Positions 17,492 through 28,690 of a stretch of 64,000 bases of DNA are shown piece after piece. Source of the DNA: an uncultured Myxococcales bacterium. Lineage in GTDB: Bacteria; Myxococcota_A; UBA9042. The position numbers and the translations under genes were made by a program. The notes under the pieces are model-generated. The model worked only from the letters and a program-made list of their open reading frames with translations, was not told where the DNA came from and did no database searches. The stretch is from assembly GCA_903955385.1 (NCBI GenBank), contig CAJBNH010000158.1, positions 11,658 to 75,657 on the forward strand. Direction: 5' to 3'. Every line of letters begins with the position of its first letter. Position 1 is the stretch's first letter.

Positions 17492-19858
17492 ATGGAGCCG
17501 AATCTGACCGACAAACCTGAGATTCCCGCGCCCTCGGCCGCGCAGCCGAAGGGATCCGTGCAGTTGCGAGTCGTCACTGCTGACGAGCCGGCTGTGGTGG
17601 CGGAAGCGGCTGTACCGGCACCTCGCCCTGCATCCTCTGCCGCGGCGTCTACCAAGGGCCGCGACCAGCCGTACACCGGCGACCCGGCCGAAGCCCCCGT
17701 CGTCATCGAGGGCGTCCCGACTGCCGAAGAGCTGGTCGCCACGGTGCGCAGCTACCTGCCAGAGGGTGACCACGACATCGTCCGTCGCGCCTACGCGTTT
17801 GCCGCACGCTGTCACATGGGCCAGACCCGCAAGAGCGGTGAGCCCTATTTCGCGCACCCGGTGGCGGTCGCTTTCCTCTTGACGCGCCTGCGGTTGGACA
17901 GCGCCAGCATCTGCGCCGGTCTGTTGCATGACGTGGTAGAGGACACGACGGTCGCCGTCCCCGAGATCGAGAAGCGGTTCTCTGAGGAGATCGCCCTCAT
18001 CGTCGATGGCGTGACCAAGCTGGACCGCATCACGTTCTCCAGCCGCGAGCACAAGCAGGCAGAGAACTTCCGCAAGATGCTCGTCGCCATGTCCAAGGAC
18101 ATCCGCGTGTTGCTGATCAAGCTCGCGGACCGTCTGCACAACATGACGACGCTGCAGCACATGAAGCCCGAGGCGCAGAAGCGAATTGCGCAGGAGACTA
18201 TCGAGATCTACGCGCCGCTGGCCAATCGTCTGGGCATCGGCTGGATGAAGGCACAGCTGGAAGACCTGTGTTTCCGCCACCTGTACGCCGACGAGTACCA
18301 CAAGCTGGCGCGCATGGTCGGCCAGCGTCAGGCCACGCGTCAGGCGTACGTGTCTGAGGTGGTCGAGACGCTCAAGAAGATCCTGACCGACGAGGGCATG
18401 AACGACGCGCTTGTTTACGGGCGCCCGAAGCACCTGTTCGGCATCTATCGCAAGATGACCGTGCAGAACCTGCCGTACGACCAGATCTACGACGCGCAGG
18501 GCTTCCGTGTGCTGGTGAACGACCTGCGCGAGTGCTACGCGGCGCTGGGGGCGGTCCACACCCACTTCAAGCCGATCCCGGGGCGCTTCAAGGACTACAT
18601 CGCGCTCGCAAAGGCCAATCGTTATCAGTCGTTGCATACGTCTGTCATCGGTCCCCGCGCTGAGCGTATCGAGGTGCAGATCCGCACGCAGGACATGCAC
18701 CGGGTGGCAGAGGAAGGTGTGGCGGCGCACTGGCGGTACAAGGAGCGTGGCGAGTCGATCAGCGTGCGCGACGAAGAGCGGTTCAGCTGGCTCAAGCAGC
18801 TGCTGGAGTGGCACGCGGGCGTCAAGGACTCCGACGAGTTCCTGGACAGCATGAAGATCGACCTCTTCAGCGACGAGGTCTACACGTTCACGCCTGCGGG
18901 CGACGTCAAGGTCTTGCCGCGCGGGTCGACCCCGATTGACTTCGCTTTCACGATCCACTCGAAGATCGGCGAGCGGGCCGTCGGCGCCAAGGTGGACGGT
19001 GTGATGGTGCCGCTGAAGCACCACCTGCGAAACGGCAACATCGTCGAGATCATGACGCGGGCCGACGCGCGCCCCAGCCCGGACTGGCTCGAGTTCGTCG
19101 TCACGGCGCGCGCAAAGACCAAGATCCGCACGTACATCCACGCAGAGCAGCGGGCCAAGGCGCTCGAGATCGGCATGGACCTGCTCGAGAAGGCCTTCCG
19201 CCGCGTGAAGTGGTCGATGGTCCGGATGCAGCAGCACGAGCGTTTCCCCAAGCTGCTGGCACACTTCAAGGTCTCGACCTTGGACGATCTGGCCGTGCTG
19301 GTCGGTTACGGCAAGTTGACGCCGTCGGATGCCGTGCAAGAGCTGCTGCCCGAGTCGCGGCCGGTCGAGGAACCCAAGCCCGACGAGATTCGGCGGCCCC
19401 GCAAGCCTGGCAAGAAGGGCGCCGCCATCACGGTCGACGGCATCGACGACGTGGTCGTGCGCATGGGCAAGTGCTGCTCGCCGGTGCCGGGCGATGCCAT
19501 CGTCGGCGTCGTGACGCGCGGTCGCGGCATCACCGTGCACGCCCGGGGCTGCCACTTCGTGCTGGACGCTGACCCAATGCGGCGCTTGGACTGCGACTGG
19601 AATACCGAGGGCGGCTCGGGCGCCGTGGTCACCGTGCGCGTCTACACCGAGAACGAGACCGGGCTGCTGGCGGCGATGTCGCAGCGCTTCACAGAGGCCG
19701 GCGTCAGCATCCAGCAGGCCAACTGCCGCGTGATCGACGGTCGCCGGGCGATCAATGACTTCGAGGTCATGGTGACCGATGTCGTGCAGCTCAATGAGGT
19801 GATCGCCAACCTGTCGCGGCTGCGCGGGGTCACCCGGGTCGAGCGCGTCAAGGGTTGA
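17492..19858 (+). CDS. relA: Bifunctional (p)ppGpp synthetase/hydrolase RelA/SpoT (RSH)
   Basis: HD domain (LLHDVVEDT), synthetase, TGS and ACT regions over a 788-aa alignment. The ORF-track start at 16802 would run antisense through the neighbouring gene, so an internal ATG was chosen, giving a ~70-aa N-terminal extension before the HD domain. An earlier ATG at 17458 is also possible. Confidence 0.85.
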   Translation: MEPNLTDKPEIPAPSAAQPKGSVQLRVVTADEPAVVAEAAVPAPRPASSAAASTKGRDQPYTGDPAEAPVVIEGVPTAEELVATVRSYLPEGDHDIVRRAYAFAARCHMGQTRKSGEPYFAHPVAVAFLLTRLRLDSASICAGLLHDVVEDTTVAVPEIEKRFSEEIALIVDGVTKLDRITFSSREHKQAENFRKMLVAMSKDIRVLLIKLADRLHNMTTLQHMKPEAQKRIAQETIEIYAPLANRLGIGWMKAQLEDLCFRHLYADEYHKLARMVGQRQATRQAYVSEVVETLKKILTDEGMNDALVYGRPKHLFGIYRKMTVQNLPYDQIYDAQGFRVLVNDLRECYAALGAVHTHFKPIPGRFKDYIALAKANRYQSLHTSVIGPRAERIEVQIRTQDMHRVAEEGVAAHWRYKERGESISVRDEERFSWLKQLLEWHAGVKDSDEFLDSMKIDLFSDEVYTFTPAGDVKVLPRGSTPIDFAFTIHSKIGERAVGAKVDGVMVPLKHHLRNGNIVEIMTRADARPSPDWLEFVVTARAKTKIRTYIHAEQRAKALEIGMDLLEKAFRRVKWSMVRMQQHERFPKLLAHFKVSTLDDLAVLVGYGKLTPSDAVQELLPESRPVEEPKPDEIRRPRKPGKKGAAITVDGIDDVVVRMGKCCSPVPGDAIVGVVTRGRGITVHARGCHFVLDADPMRRLDCDWNTEGGSGAVVTVRVYTENETGLLAAMSQRFTEAGVSIQQANCRVIDGRRAINDFEVMVTDVVQLNEVIANLSRLRGVTRVERVKG

Positions 19859-20936
19859 GCGGTTCGCGTCTGGGCAGCTTCCGCACCACTTCGTCACCAA
19901 AGCGCCTGCGGATCAGGTCGTCCCGCCACTTCACCAGCGCGCCTTTCAGCAACCGCCCGCGGTAGGCCTGCCGCTCTTCCACTGCCGACAGCTCGCACAG
20001 GCGCAGGTGGACGGCCTTTCGCACGGCCGGGTCCTCCAGTCCGCCCTCCGCAGGAGGTTCCCGGGCGACGATCAGCGCCACCGACAGGCCCCAGACGGTC
20101 TCGATCGGACCCACCACGGAGCCCAACGCGGCGTCGCGGGCCATGCGCTCCAGCTGCGGGTCTGTGCGGCGGAAGCCCCTGCGGGGAAAGGCAGGATCCG
20201 CGGCGAACGCGGTATACCGGCGCAGCTGCAGTCGCGGTTCGTGGGCCGATGCGTTGGCGACCACCCCTTCGAAGGCCGGTACATGTCGGTCGCGCACAGC
20301 ACTCTGGTCCAGCGCCACTTGCGTCACATCGACGGGCAGCGGGGGCAGGGCGGCGAGCTCCCTGGCAGCGGCGGCGCGCAGGGCGTCCAGCATCGGCCGC
20401 AGGTCGTCTCGGCAGGCCTGCAACGTGGCTTGCGGGCAGGCGTCCACGTCCTCGCAGCACTGCACCTGGGCGTCCCACAACGTGAAGCTGGGAGGGTGCT
20501 TGTAGCGCCCCATCTCGCTCAGGTAGGCCCACTTCAGGTCGGGCTCGGTGGCTGGGCAGGCGTTGCGGCCGGTCCAGACCTGGGCAAGGAAGCGGTCAGA
20601 CGCTTGGGAAAACCTCTCGCCGGGCAAGGGCTTCTGACCGATCACGGCCATCTCTCGCACCACCAGCACGTCGGACACGGCCAGTTGCAGCGCCTGAGCG
20701 GCGGCGTCGGCCTTGCTGTCGGCGTAGATGGTCGTGTCCAGTCGGTCCTGCACCTGCGAGAGGCGCAGCTCGGACAGGTCGACTTGCGCGACGACGGGGT
20801 CGGCGGTCTCTTTGGCGACAGGTGATGGGCGGGGGGCCGGTGGCGAGCTGCGGCCGCAAGCGACGGCGAGCGACAGCGCCAAGGGCACGAGCGCCAGCAG
20901 CGACCGCGTCCCCGGCGTCATGCGCGGTGGGCTCAA
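19848..20936 (-). CDS. Lipoprotein, function unknown
   Basis: LALSLAVACG lipobox. The start overlaps the argF stop (ATGA). Confidence 0.45.
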   Translation of the reverse strand: MSPPRMTPGTRSLLALVPLALSLAVACGRSSPPAPRPSPVAKETADPVVAQVDLSELRLSQVQDRLDTTIYADSKADAAAQALQLAVSDVLVVREMAVIGQKPLPGERFSQASDRFLAQVWTGRNACPATEPDLKWAYLSEMGRYKHPPSFTLWDAQVQCCEDVDACPQATLQACRDDLRPMLDALRAAAARELAALPPLPVDVTQVALDQSAVRDRHVPAFEGVVANASAHEPRLQLRRYTAFAADPAFPRRGFRRTDPQLERMARDAALGSVVGPIETVWGLSVALIVAREPPAEGGLEDPAVRKAVHLRLCELSAVEERQAYRGRLLKGALVKWRDDLIRRRFGDEVVRKLPRREPLNP

Positions 20937-21880
20937 CGCGTGCCCATCAGCGAAACAAGGATCGCCTTCTGGATGTGCAGACGGTTCTCAGCCTCGTCGA
21001 AGATGATCGAGCGGGGACCGTCGCACACCTCGGCCGACACTTCCTCACCGCGGTGGGCGGGCAGGCAGTGCATGAACAGGCAGCCGGGGTTGGCGCGCTG
21101 CATCATGGCCTCGTCGACCTGGAATCCGGCGAAGTCCTTGACGCGCTTGGCCTGTTCGGCCTCCTGACCCATCGAGGCCCAGACGTCGGTGTAGATGCAG
21201 TCGGCGCCGCGCACGCCCTCGATGGGGTCGTTGCTGACGGCCAGCTTGGCACCCGTCTGCAACGCGATCTGGCGGCTGCGTGCGAGGATGACGGGGCTGG
21301 GCTCGTAGTCCTTGGGGGCCACGATGGTGACGTCCATGCCCAACACCGCGCCGGTGTCCAGCAGCGAGTGCGCCATGTTGTTGCCGTCGCCCACGTACAC
21401 CAGCTTGCGGCCCTTCAGGACGTTGACGTCGAAGGTGCCGGCGGGCGACCACTTCTCGACCAGCGTCTGCGCATCGCACAGGGTCTGGCACGGATGCTCG
21501 AGGTCCGACAGGGCGTTGACGACGGGGATCGAGGCGAACTCGGCCAGCTCGGTCAGGATCTCGTGGCCGAACACCCGCGCCATGATGCCGTTGCAGTAGC
21601 GGCTGATGGTGCGGGCGGTGTCTGCAATCGTCTCGCCGCGGCCGATCTGGATGTCGGTCGCCGACAGGAACAGCGCGTGGCCGCCCAGCTGGTACATGCC
21701 CACTTCGAACGACACGCGCGTCCGGGTCGACTTCTTCTGAAAGATCATCGCAAGCGTCTGGCCTTCCAATGCCTTGCGGTACTTGGCCGGCTCGCGCTTG
21801 ATGCGGTCGGCAAGGACCAACATGTCGGCGGCCTGCGCGGGGGACAGATCGGACACGCTGAGGAAGTGCTTCAGGGCCAT
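20933..21880 (-). CDS. argF: Ornithine carbamoyltransferase
   Basis: STRTR carbamoyl-phosphate motif, HCLP motif, 315 aa. Confidence 0.9.
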   Translation of the reverse strand: MALKHFLSVSDLSPAQAADMLVLADRIKREPAKYRKALEGQTLAMIFQKKSTRTRVSFEVGMYQLGGHALFLSATDIQIGRGETIADTARTISRYCNGIMARVFGHEILTELAEFASIPVVNALSDLEHPCQTLCDAQTLVEKWSPAGTFDVNVLKGRKLVYVGDGNNMAHSLLDTGAVLGMDVTIVAPKDYEPSPVILARSRQIALQTGAKLAVSNDPIEGVRGADCIYTDVWASMGQEAEQAKRVKDFAGFQVDEAMMQRANPGCLFMHCLPAHRGEEVSAEVCDGPRSIIFDEAENRLHIQKAILVSLMGTR

Positions 21881-21971
21881 GGGGTCCTCGCTTGCGGGGC
21901 TGTGGGGGGGATGCAGCGCGGCGGCCGCGGCAGGCGCAGCGCGTGGGGGAGCGAGCGTTGCGCTGGAGAAA

Positions 21972-22475
21972 CTAGAACTTGTGCGTCAGCTCGCCGGTGG
22001 TGCGAGCGCCATCGACGGTGAACACGCCCGTGTTGCGCACCGGCTGCGAGACCGGCATCGACGTCGGCGCGGCGGGCGGCAGCGGCTGGGCGGGAGACAG
22101 CGGGCGCTGGGCCGCACGGTGGGGCAGCGCGGGTGGCGCAGGGCGCTCTTGCGGCGTGGTCATCTGGCAGGCGCCGTCGAAGAACACGCCCTTGTCGATG
22201 TGCAGGGCAGGCGAGGTGATGTTGCCGCGCAGCGACGCGGGGGCGTGCAGCTCGACGCCGTCGGTGGCGGTGATGTTGCCCGTGACCTCGCCGTAGACAG
22301 CGACCGTGGCGACGTTGATCTCGGCCGTGACGATCGCGCCCTCACCGATGATCAGGGTGCCGTCGCTGAAGATTTCGCCGCTGAAGCGACCGTCGATGCG
22401 GACGCTGCCTTCGAAATTCAGCTTGCCGTTGAATTCGCTGCCCTTGCCGAGGAGTGCGTTCAGTTCGTTGCTCAT
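21972..22475 (-). CDS. Bactofilin (CcmA/BacA family cytoskeletal protein)
   Basis: MSNELNALLGKGSEFNGKLNFEGSVRIDGRFSGEIFSDGTLIIGEGAIVTAEINVATVAVYGEVTGNITA shows the beta-helical bactofilin repeat pattern. Pro-rich C-terminal tail. Internal ATG chosen. Confidence 0.75.
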   Translation of the reverse strand: MSNELNALLGKGSEFNGKLNFEGSVRIDGRFSGEIFSDGTLIIGEGAIVTAEINVATVAVYGEVTGNITATDGVELHAPASLRGNITSPALHIDKGVFFDGACQMTTPQERPAPPALPHRAAQRPLSPAQPLPPAAPTSMPVSQPVRNTGVFTVDGARTTGELTHKF

Positions 22476-22709
22476 GGGGTCCTGTCTCGCGTGGGGCACA
22501 CGCCGGGGTCGTTCGCGTTGGGTTCCGTCAGGTTGGCCGATGCGGGGACAACCATCCCCCGGGCCTGCACTGCCCGTGGGTTGGAGAGGCCGGATACTGT
22601 ACGGCACCACGCCCCGCGTGACCAGTGGCGGACGGTGGCACCTCGTCCGGGGCTTGTCCAGCGACAAGTGGTGACGGTGCCCCGGTCAGACGTCCTAACA
22701 GGATGGGAA

Positions 22710-23450
22710 TCAAGGCGTATCTTGCCGCTCTGACTTCAGCCGACCCTTGGCCAGCCGCAGCTTCAGCACGTTCTTCATCGCCTCGGTGAAGATGCTTCCG
22801 CTCATCTTGGACTCGCCGCGGGTGCGATCGGGGAACTGGATCGGCACCTCGCCGATGCGGAACCCCAGTAGCAGCGAGCGATACGTCAGCTCGACCTGAA
22901 ACACGTAGCCGTTGCTCAGGATTTGGTCCAGCGGCAGCGTCTGCAGCACCTTGCGATGGAAGCACTTGAAGCCGCCGGTCAGGTCCTTGAAGGGAAGCCC
23001 AAGGATCGCCCGCGCATAGGTATTGCCACCCTTGGAGATGAAACGCCGCTTCCAGCCCCAGTCCTGCGTGCTGCCGCCGGGGATGTAGCGTGACCCCAGC
23101 ACTACGTCGCAAGTCTCTGCCCTGGCGAGGAATTCCGGCAGGTGCTCCGGTCGGTGCGAGAAGTCGCAGTCCATCTCGAAGACGAGCTCGTAGTCCCGCT
23201 GCAGCGCCCACTTGAACCCGGCGACGTACGCGCGCCCCAGCCCCTGCTTCTTCTCGCGGTGCATCACGAACACCCGCGGGTCCTTGGCCGCGATCTCGTC
23301 CGCCAGCTGACCGGTGCCGTCGGGACTGTTGTCGTCGATGACGAGGATGTGCAGCTCCGGTACCACGGCGTGAACCGCCTGCACCATCAGGGGCAGGTTG
23401 TCGCGCTCGTTGTAGGTCGGCAGGCAGATGACGGCGGTGGGGTGAGGCAT
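22710..23450 (-). CDS. GT2 polyprenol-phosphate sugar synthase (dolichol-phosphate mannosyltransferase-like)
   Basis: ICLPTYNERDNL, VIDDNSPDGT and the DxD-type motif of the Dpm1/Ppm1/ArnC family, 246 aa. The start overlaps the fadD-like stop by 1 nt. Confidence 0.8.
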   Translation of the reverse strand: MPHPTAVICLPTYNERDNLPLMVQAVHAVVPELHILVIDDNSPDGTGQLADEIAAKDPRVFVMHREKKQGLGRAYVAGFKWALQRDYELVFEMDCDFSHRPEHLPEFLARAETCDVVLGSRYIPGGSTQDWGWKRRFISKGGNTYARAILGLPFKDLTGGFKCFHRKVLQTLPLDQILSNGYVFQVELTYRSLLLGFRIGEVPIQFPDRTRGESKMSGSIFTEAMKNVLKLRLAKGRLKSERQDTP

Positions 23451-25297
23451 CAGTAGTGCTCGCTGTAGAACGAATCCAGCAGGTCCTGGTACTTCAAGGT
23501 GACCTCCTTGCGGCGCATCTTCAGCGACGGCGTCAGGTGGCCCTCCTCGACGGTCAGATCGTGGTCCAGAATGGCGAACTTCTTGATGGTTTCGTAGCTC
23601 GCCAGCTGCCGATTCTTGGCGGCGACGATGCCCTCGACCAGCTTGTAGACCTCTGCGTTCTGGGTCAGCTCGGCAAACGAGGTGAAGGCAACTCCGTGGT
23701 CCTCAGCCCACTTGCGGATGGTCGCTTCGTCCAACGTCACCAGTGCCGACAGGAACTTGCGTCGGTCTCCGTACACCAGCACCTGCGAGATGAAGGGCGA
23801 CGACTTGACCAGGCTCTCGAGGTTCTGCGGCGCGACGTTCTTGCCGCCCGCCGTGACGATGATGTCCTTCTTGCGGTCGGTGATGCGCAGGAAGCCGTCG
23901 GCGTCCAGCTCGCCGATGTCGCCGGTGTGCAGCCAGCCGTCGACCAGCACCTCGCGCGTCGCTTCCGGGTTGTTCCAGTAGCCTGTCATCACGTTGCGGC
24001 CGCGCACCAGCACCTCGCCATCGGGGGCAATCGCGACGTCAACGCCTGACAGGGGCTTGCCGACCGAGCCGAACTTGTAGTGTTCCGCGCGGTTGACGGT
24101 CGCTGCGGCGGTGTTCTCGGTCAGGCCGTAGCCCTCGAGGATCAGCAGCCCGCAGGCGTGGAAGAACTCGGCCAGATCTTTCGACAGCGGAGCGCCGCCC
24201 GAGACAAACGCGCGGATCTTGCCGCCGAACGTGGCGTGGATCTTCGAGAAAACCAGCTCGTGCGCGAGCTTGTGACGGGCCACGAGGAAAGGCCCCGGGT
24301 TGCGGCCACGCTGCCGTGCCAGACTCATCTCGCGTCCGGTCGCCAGCGCCAGGTCGAAGATGCGCTTCTTGACGCCGCCAGAGCGGTGCGCGTTGCTCAG
24401 GATCTTGGCGTGCGCCTTCTCGAAGATGCGCGGCACGCTGGGCATCAGCGTAGGCTGCACCGCGGCCACGTCGTCCAACAGCGTCGCCATCGACCGCGGG
24501 AACGCCATCTCGGTCGCCTGTCGGATGCAGCCGAACGCGATGACGCGCGCAAAGATGTGAGCAAGCGGAAGGAACAGGAACAGCGTGTCGACGGACCGGA
24601 TGTCCAGCGCCTCGACACCCGCCGCCGTCTCGAACACGAAGGCGTCGTGGGTCAGCACCACGCCCTTTGGAAAGCCAGTCGTTCCGCTGGTATACACGAT
24701 GGTCGCGGCATCCTGGGGGTCCAGTGCCGCCCGCCGCTCGCGCAGCACCGCCTCGTCCACGCTGCGCGCGAGCTTGCCCAGCTCGTCGACCGACAGCACC
24801 GACGGGTCGGGGTGCTGCAGAACGGCATCCAAGCGCAGCGTCGTCCGCCCATGACCGTCGGGCTTGTCCAGCTCAGCCAACGCCTTGAACCACACGATCT
24901 TTTCGAGGCTCGGCAGTCCGTCGCGGTGCAACAGCAGCTTCTCGAGCTGGAGCGGATCTTCGACAAAGGCGAAGCGCGCGCCGGAGTTCTCGGCGATGTA
25001 GTGCATCTCGTCGGGCATCGCCGACTGGTACACCGGCACCGTCACGCCGCCGGCCAGCAGCACGGCCACGTCGGCGATGACCCACTCAGGGCTCGTCTGG
25101 GCCGCGATCAACACACGGTCGCCCTTCTGCAGACCCAGAGCGCACAGGGCGCGGGCCCAAGTCGCACTGGTGTGGCGAAACCGCGCGAACGAGATCGCGC
25201 GCCACTCGTCGCCGATGCGCGACCTGAGCATCGCCCGGTCCGGGGACTCAGCCGCGGCGGTCTCGAACAGGTCGACAAGGGTGCGGAGGGCGTCCAT
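23450..25297 (-). CDS. fadD: Long-chain fatty acid--CoA ligase (AMP-dependent synthetase)
   Basis: YTSGTTGFPKGV AMP-binding motif, 615 aa, ANL-superfamily layout. Confidence 0.8.
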   Translation of the reverse strand: MDALRTLVDLFETAAAESPDRAMLRSRIGDEWRAISFARFRHTSATWARALCALGLQKGDRVLIAAQTSPEWVIADVAVLLAGGVTVPVYQSAMPDEMHYIAENSGARFAFVEDPLQLEKLLLHRDGLPSLEKIVWFKALAELDKPDGHGRTTLRLDAVLQHPDPSVLSVDELGKLARSVDEAVLRERRAALDPQDAATIVYTSGTTGFPKGVVLTHDAFVFETAAGVEALDIRSVDTLFLFLPLAHIFARVIAFGCIRQATEMAFPRSMATLLDDVAAVQPTLMPSVPRIFEKAHAKILSNAHRSGGVKKRIFDLALATGREMSLARQRGRNPGPFLVARHKLAHELVFSKIHATFGGKIRAFVSGGAPLSKDLAEFFHACGLLILEGYGLTENTAAATVNRAEHYKFGSVGKPLSGVDVAIAPDGEVLVRGRNVMTGYWNNPEATREVLVDGWLHTGDIGELDADGFLRITDRKKDIIVTAGGKNVAPQNLESLVKSSPFISQVLVYGDRRKFLSALVTLDEATIRKWAEDHGVAFTSFAELTQNAEVYKLVEGIVAAKNRQLASYETIKKFAILDHDLTVEEGHLTPSLKMRRKEVTLKYQDLLDSFYSEHY

Positions 25298-25441
25298 GGG
25301 AGGGCTCCAACGGGTGGGGAAGCGTGAGCGTTAGTGTCGACTCTCACCTCGGGCGGCGCAACCCCTACGGCGACTTGCCCTCTACGGCTCAGAACCCTAC
25401 ACTGCCGCGAGTTGTTCTCTCTGTTCGACAAGGGGAAGCGG

Positions 25442-25807
25442 ATGGGACGGTTGGTGCTGATCGCGGCGGTACTCGCGACGCTTGCCGGCTGCTCGGGCCA
25501 CAAGCAGACCGAGAAGCTGGAAGGCGTCACCGACGGCGACCGCCGTGAGGTCGATGTCGCCACCAATCGCCAGATTCAAATCGGCTTTCAAATCGCGTCG
25601 GTCGCTGCTCAAGAGAACGCGATGGACCTGTGCTTCGAGATGTGCGCTCATTCCGTTGAGAGTTGTGTCCTCGCGTCGAACGTCTGCAACGTCGCCAAGC
25701 GCTATCCCGACACCAAGCCGCTGAAGGCGCGGTGCGACGTGACCCGCGAACGCTGCCGCGTGCACCGCACCAAGGTGCCGCGCCAGTGCCCCTGCGACCC
25801 GGACTAG
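25442..25807 (+). CDS. Small Cys-rich lipoprotein
   Basis: MGRLVLIAAVLATLAGCSGHKQ lipobox. Eight Cys in 122 aa. RBS AAGGGGA. Confidence 0.4.
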   Translation: MGRLVLIAAVLATLAGCSGHKQTEKLEGVTDGDRREVDVATNRQIQIGFQIASVAAQENAMDLCFEMCAHSVESCVLASNVCNVAKRYPDTKPLKARCDVTRERCRVHRTKVPRQCPCDPD

Positions 25808-25928
25808 CCACTCGTCTGGCCCCGGACCTCGCGATTCTCCCTGCTACTTCGCGATGAAGCACTGGTCGTGACCGACGATCTGTGGCACTCTCCCGCGCCC
25901 TCTGCCCGACCGGCAGCACGAGATCACC

Positions 25929-27743
25929 ATGGAACGCGTTCGTAACATCGGCATCATCGCTCACGTCGACCACGGCAAGACCACCCTCATCGACCAGATC
26001 CTGCAGCAATGCGGCGCGTTTGGCCGGGGTGGCATGCTGCGTGAGCGCGTCATGGACTCCAACGACCTGGAGCGTGAGCGGGGCATTACCATCCTGTCGA
26101 AGAACACGGCCGTCCACTACGACGGGCATGTGGTCAACATCGTCGACACCCCGGGACACGCGGACTTCGGCGGCGAGGTCGAGCGCATCCTGCGGATGGT
26201 CGACTCGGTGCTGCTGCTGGTCGACGCTTGCGAAGGGCCGATGCCCCAGACGCGCTTCGTGCTGAAGAAGTCGCTGGCGCTCGGGCTGCGTCCCATCGTG
26301 GTCATCAACAAGGTCGACCGCCCGGACCGCCAGCTGGACCGCGTGCTCGACGCCGTGTTCGACCTGTTCGTGAACCTGGAGGCCAAGCCCGAGCAGCTCG
26401 ACTTTCCGGTGATCTACGCAAGTGGGCGCGACGGCTGGGCTTCCATGGACCCCGACGTCAAAGGCACGGACCTGCGGCCGCTGCTGGACCTGATCCTGGC
26501 CCACGTGCCGCCGTGCAGCTTTGACATGGAAGGGCCGGCGCAGCTGCAGGTGGCCACGCTCGACCGCAACGACTTCCTGGGCCGCATCGCGATTGGCCGC
26601 ATCTACCGGGGGCGCATCGCGCGAGGTGACCGACTGGTGCAGGTGCGTCTCGACGGCACCACCTCGCCCATCCGCATCGTCAAGCTGATGCTCTTCTCTG
26701 GCATCGACCGCATCGACGCTGAAGAGGCGTTTGCGGGCGACGTGATCGCGTTGGCAGGCGTGGGCGACGTGACCGTGGGCGAGACCCTGTGCGCAGAGGA
26801 CACGATCGACCCGCTTCCCGCGATTCCGGTCGACGAGCCGACGCTGTCGATGGACTTCATCGTCAACAACTCGCCGTTCGCCGGGCGCGAGGGCAAGTTC
26901 GTCACGTCGCGGCACGTGCGCGAGCGGCTGGCCAAGGAGCTCGAGCACAACGTGTCGCTGCGGGTTGAGGACACCGACCGCCCAGAGGTGCTGAAGGTCT
27001 CGGGGCGCGGCACGCTGTCGCTGTCGATCCTGATCGAAACCATGCGGCGTGAGGGCTTCGAGCTGCAGGTGTCGCAGCCCAAGGTGATCGTCAAGCACGA
27101 CGACCATGGTCACAAGCTGGAGCCCTACGAGGACGTCGTCGCCGAGTGCGCCGAGGCCTACAGCGGCATCGTGATCGACAAATTGTCCCAGCGCGGTGCA
27201 GACATGCGGCACATGCACGTGGGCGACGACGGCATGGTGCGTCTGGAGTTCCTGGTGCCCGCGCGCGGCTTGATCGGTTACCGCTCGCAGTTCCTGACCG
27301 ACACCCGCGGCACCGGCGTGATCTATCACAATTTCGCGCAGTACGGCCCGTGGCGCGGCGACATCCGTCGGCGTCACAACGGCGTGCTGGTGGTGCTAGA
27401 GCAGACGACGACGACCGCCTACGGCATCTTCAATCTGCAGGACCGCGGTCAGTTCTTCGTCTCGCCGACGGTGGACGTCTACGAGGGCCAGATCTGCGGC
27501 ATTCACAACCGCGACAACGACCTGACCGTCAACCCGGGGCGCGAGAAGAAGCTGACGAACATCCGGTCTGCCGGTGCAGACGAGAAGCTGCTGCTGACGC
27601 CGGCCAAGCGCCTGAGCCTGGAAGAGGCGCTCGAGTTCATCGACGGCGACGAGCTGGTCGAGGTCACGCCCAAGTCCCTGCGGCTGCGGAAGAAGTACCT
27701 CAGCATCAACGAGCGCAAGCGCTTCGATCGCTCCGCGTCCTAG
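25929..27743 (+). CDS. typA: Translational GTPase TypA/BipA
   Basis: [16 protein letters not shown]1 motif, EF-G-like domain order, 604 aa. Confidence 0.9.
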   Translation: MERVRNIGIIAHVDHGKTTLIDQILQQCGAFGRGGMLRERVMDSNDLERERGITILSKNTAVHYDGHVVNIVDTPGHADFGGEVERILRMVDSVLLLVDACEGPMPQTRFVLKKSLALGLRPIVVINKVDRPDRQLDRVLDAVFDLFVNLEAKPEQLDFPVIYASGRDGWASMDPDVKGTDLRPLLDLILAHVPPCSFDMEGPAQLQVATLDRNDFLGRIAIGRIYRGRIARGDRLVQVRLDGTTSPIRIVKLMLFSGIDRIDAEEAFAGDVIALAGVGDVTVGETLCAEDTIDPLPAIPVDEPTLSMDFIVNNSPFAGREGKFVTSRHVRERLAKELEHNVSLRVEDTDRPEVLKVSGRGTLSLSILIETMRREGFELQVSQPKVIVKHDDHGHKLEPYEDVVAECAEAYSGIVIDKLSQRGADMRHMHVGDDGMVRLEFLVPARGLIGYRSQFLTDTRGTGVIYHNFAQYGPWRGDIRRRHNGVLVVLEQTTTTAYGIFNLQDRGQFFVSPTVDVYEGQICGIHNRDNDLTVNPGREKKLTNIRSAGADEKLLLTPAKRLSLEEALEFIDGDELVEVTPKSLRLRKKYLSINERKRFDRSAS

Positions 27744-27932
27744 CCGCCCTCCCAGCCACCCGAAGTCAGGAATGGTTTGGCCGCCCAGGTGTTGGCCTTG
27801 CCGAAGGGGCAGGTGCGCCCGGTGCGAGTCTTGCGGATTGGCTTGACCGCGACGCCCAGCGACCTACCCTTTGCGGGCACCGCTAGCCACGCGGCTGCCC
27901 CACAGCAACGACCGCCACGACAGGAGACCGAC

Positions 27933-28664
27933 ATGGCCTTCGAACCCGAACACGACCACTCCGCGGCATGGGGCAGCTCTCCCGCGACCGACATCGACCA
28001 CGCCAATCGCACGGCCCTTGCCGCCAGCTTCATGAATCAGGTGTTCGGCTGGATGGCCGCCGGACTCGCGGTCTCGGGCGGCGTCGCGTGGATGGTGCTC
28101 GGGTCGCCTGCGCTCTACGAGTTCACCGCCCGGCTGTTTCTGCCCCTGATGATCGCCGAGCTGGTGCTGGTCTTCGCGTTGAGCGCCGCGCTGCACAAGC
28201 TGTCGTCGACGGCGGCGGCGGCGGGTTTTCTGGTGTACTCGGCGTTGAACGGCATGACGATCGGCTTGGTCGTCTCGTTCTACTCGCCCGCATCGGTGGC
28301 CAACGTGTTCTTCGTCACGGCCGGCACCTTCACCGCGATGGCCGTCATTGGCACCGTCACCAAGAAGGACTTGAGCGGCTTCGGCTCGTTCCTGATGATG
28401 GGTGTGATCGCCATCCTGATCGCATCGGTTGTGAACTTCTTCTTGAAGTCCAGCGCGTTGGACTTTGCCGTCAGCGCACTCGGCGCCCTCATCTTCACGG
28501 GACTGACGGCGGTGGACGCGCAGCGCTTCCGCAAGCTGGGCTACTCGGGGTTCTCGACCCAGCGCGAGGCGAGCCAGTGGGCCATCCGCGGCGCCCTGAA
28601 CCTCTACCTCGACTTCATCAACATGTTCTTGTTCCTGCTGCGATTGTTCGGCAACAGGCGCTAG
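27933..28664 (+). CDS. Bax inhibitor-1/YccA family membrane protein
   Basis: 7-TM profile with the conserved FMNQVFGWMAAGL N-terminal region. RBS AGGAGA. Confidence 0.65.
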   Translation: MAFEPEHDHSAAWGSSPATDIDHANRTALAASFMNQVFGWMAAGLAVSGGVAWMVLGSPALYEFTARLFLPLMIAELVLVFALSAALHKLSSTAAAAGFLVYSALNGMTIGLVVSFYSPASVANVFFVTAGTFTAMAVIGTVTKKDLSGFGSFLMMGVIAILIASVVNFFLKSSALDFAVSALGALIFTGLTAVDAQRFRKLGYSGFSTQREASQWAIRGALNLYLDFINMFLFLLRLFGNRR

Positions 28665-28690
28665 CGGACCGGCGGCGAGTTCCCGGGTCC

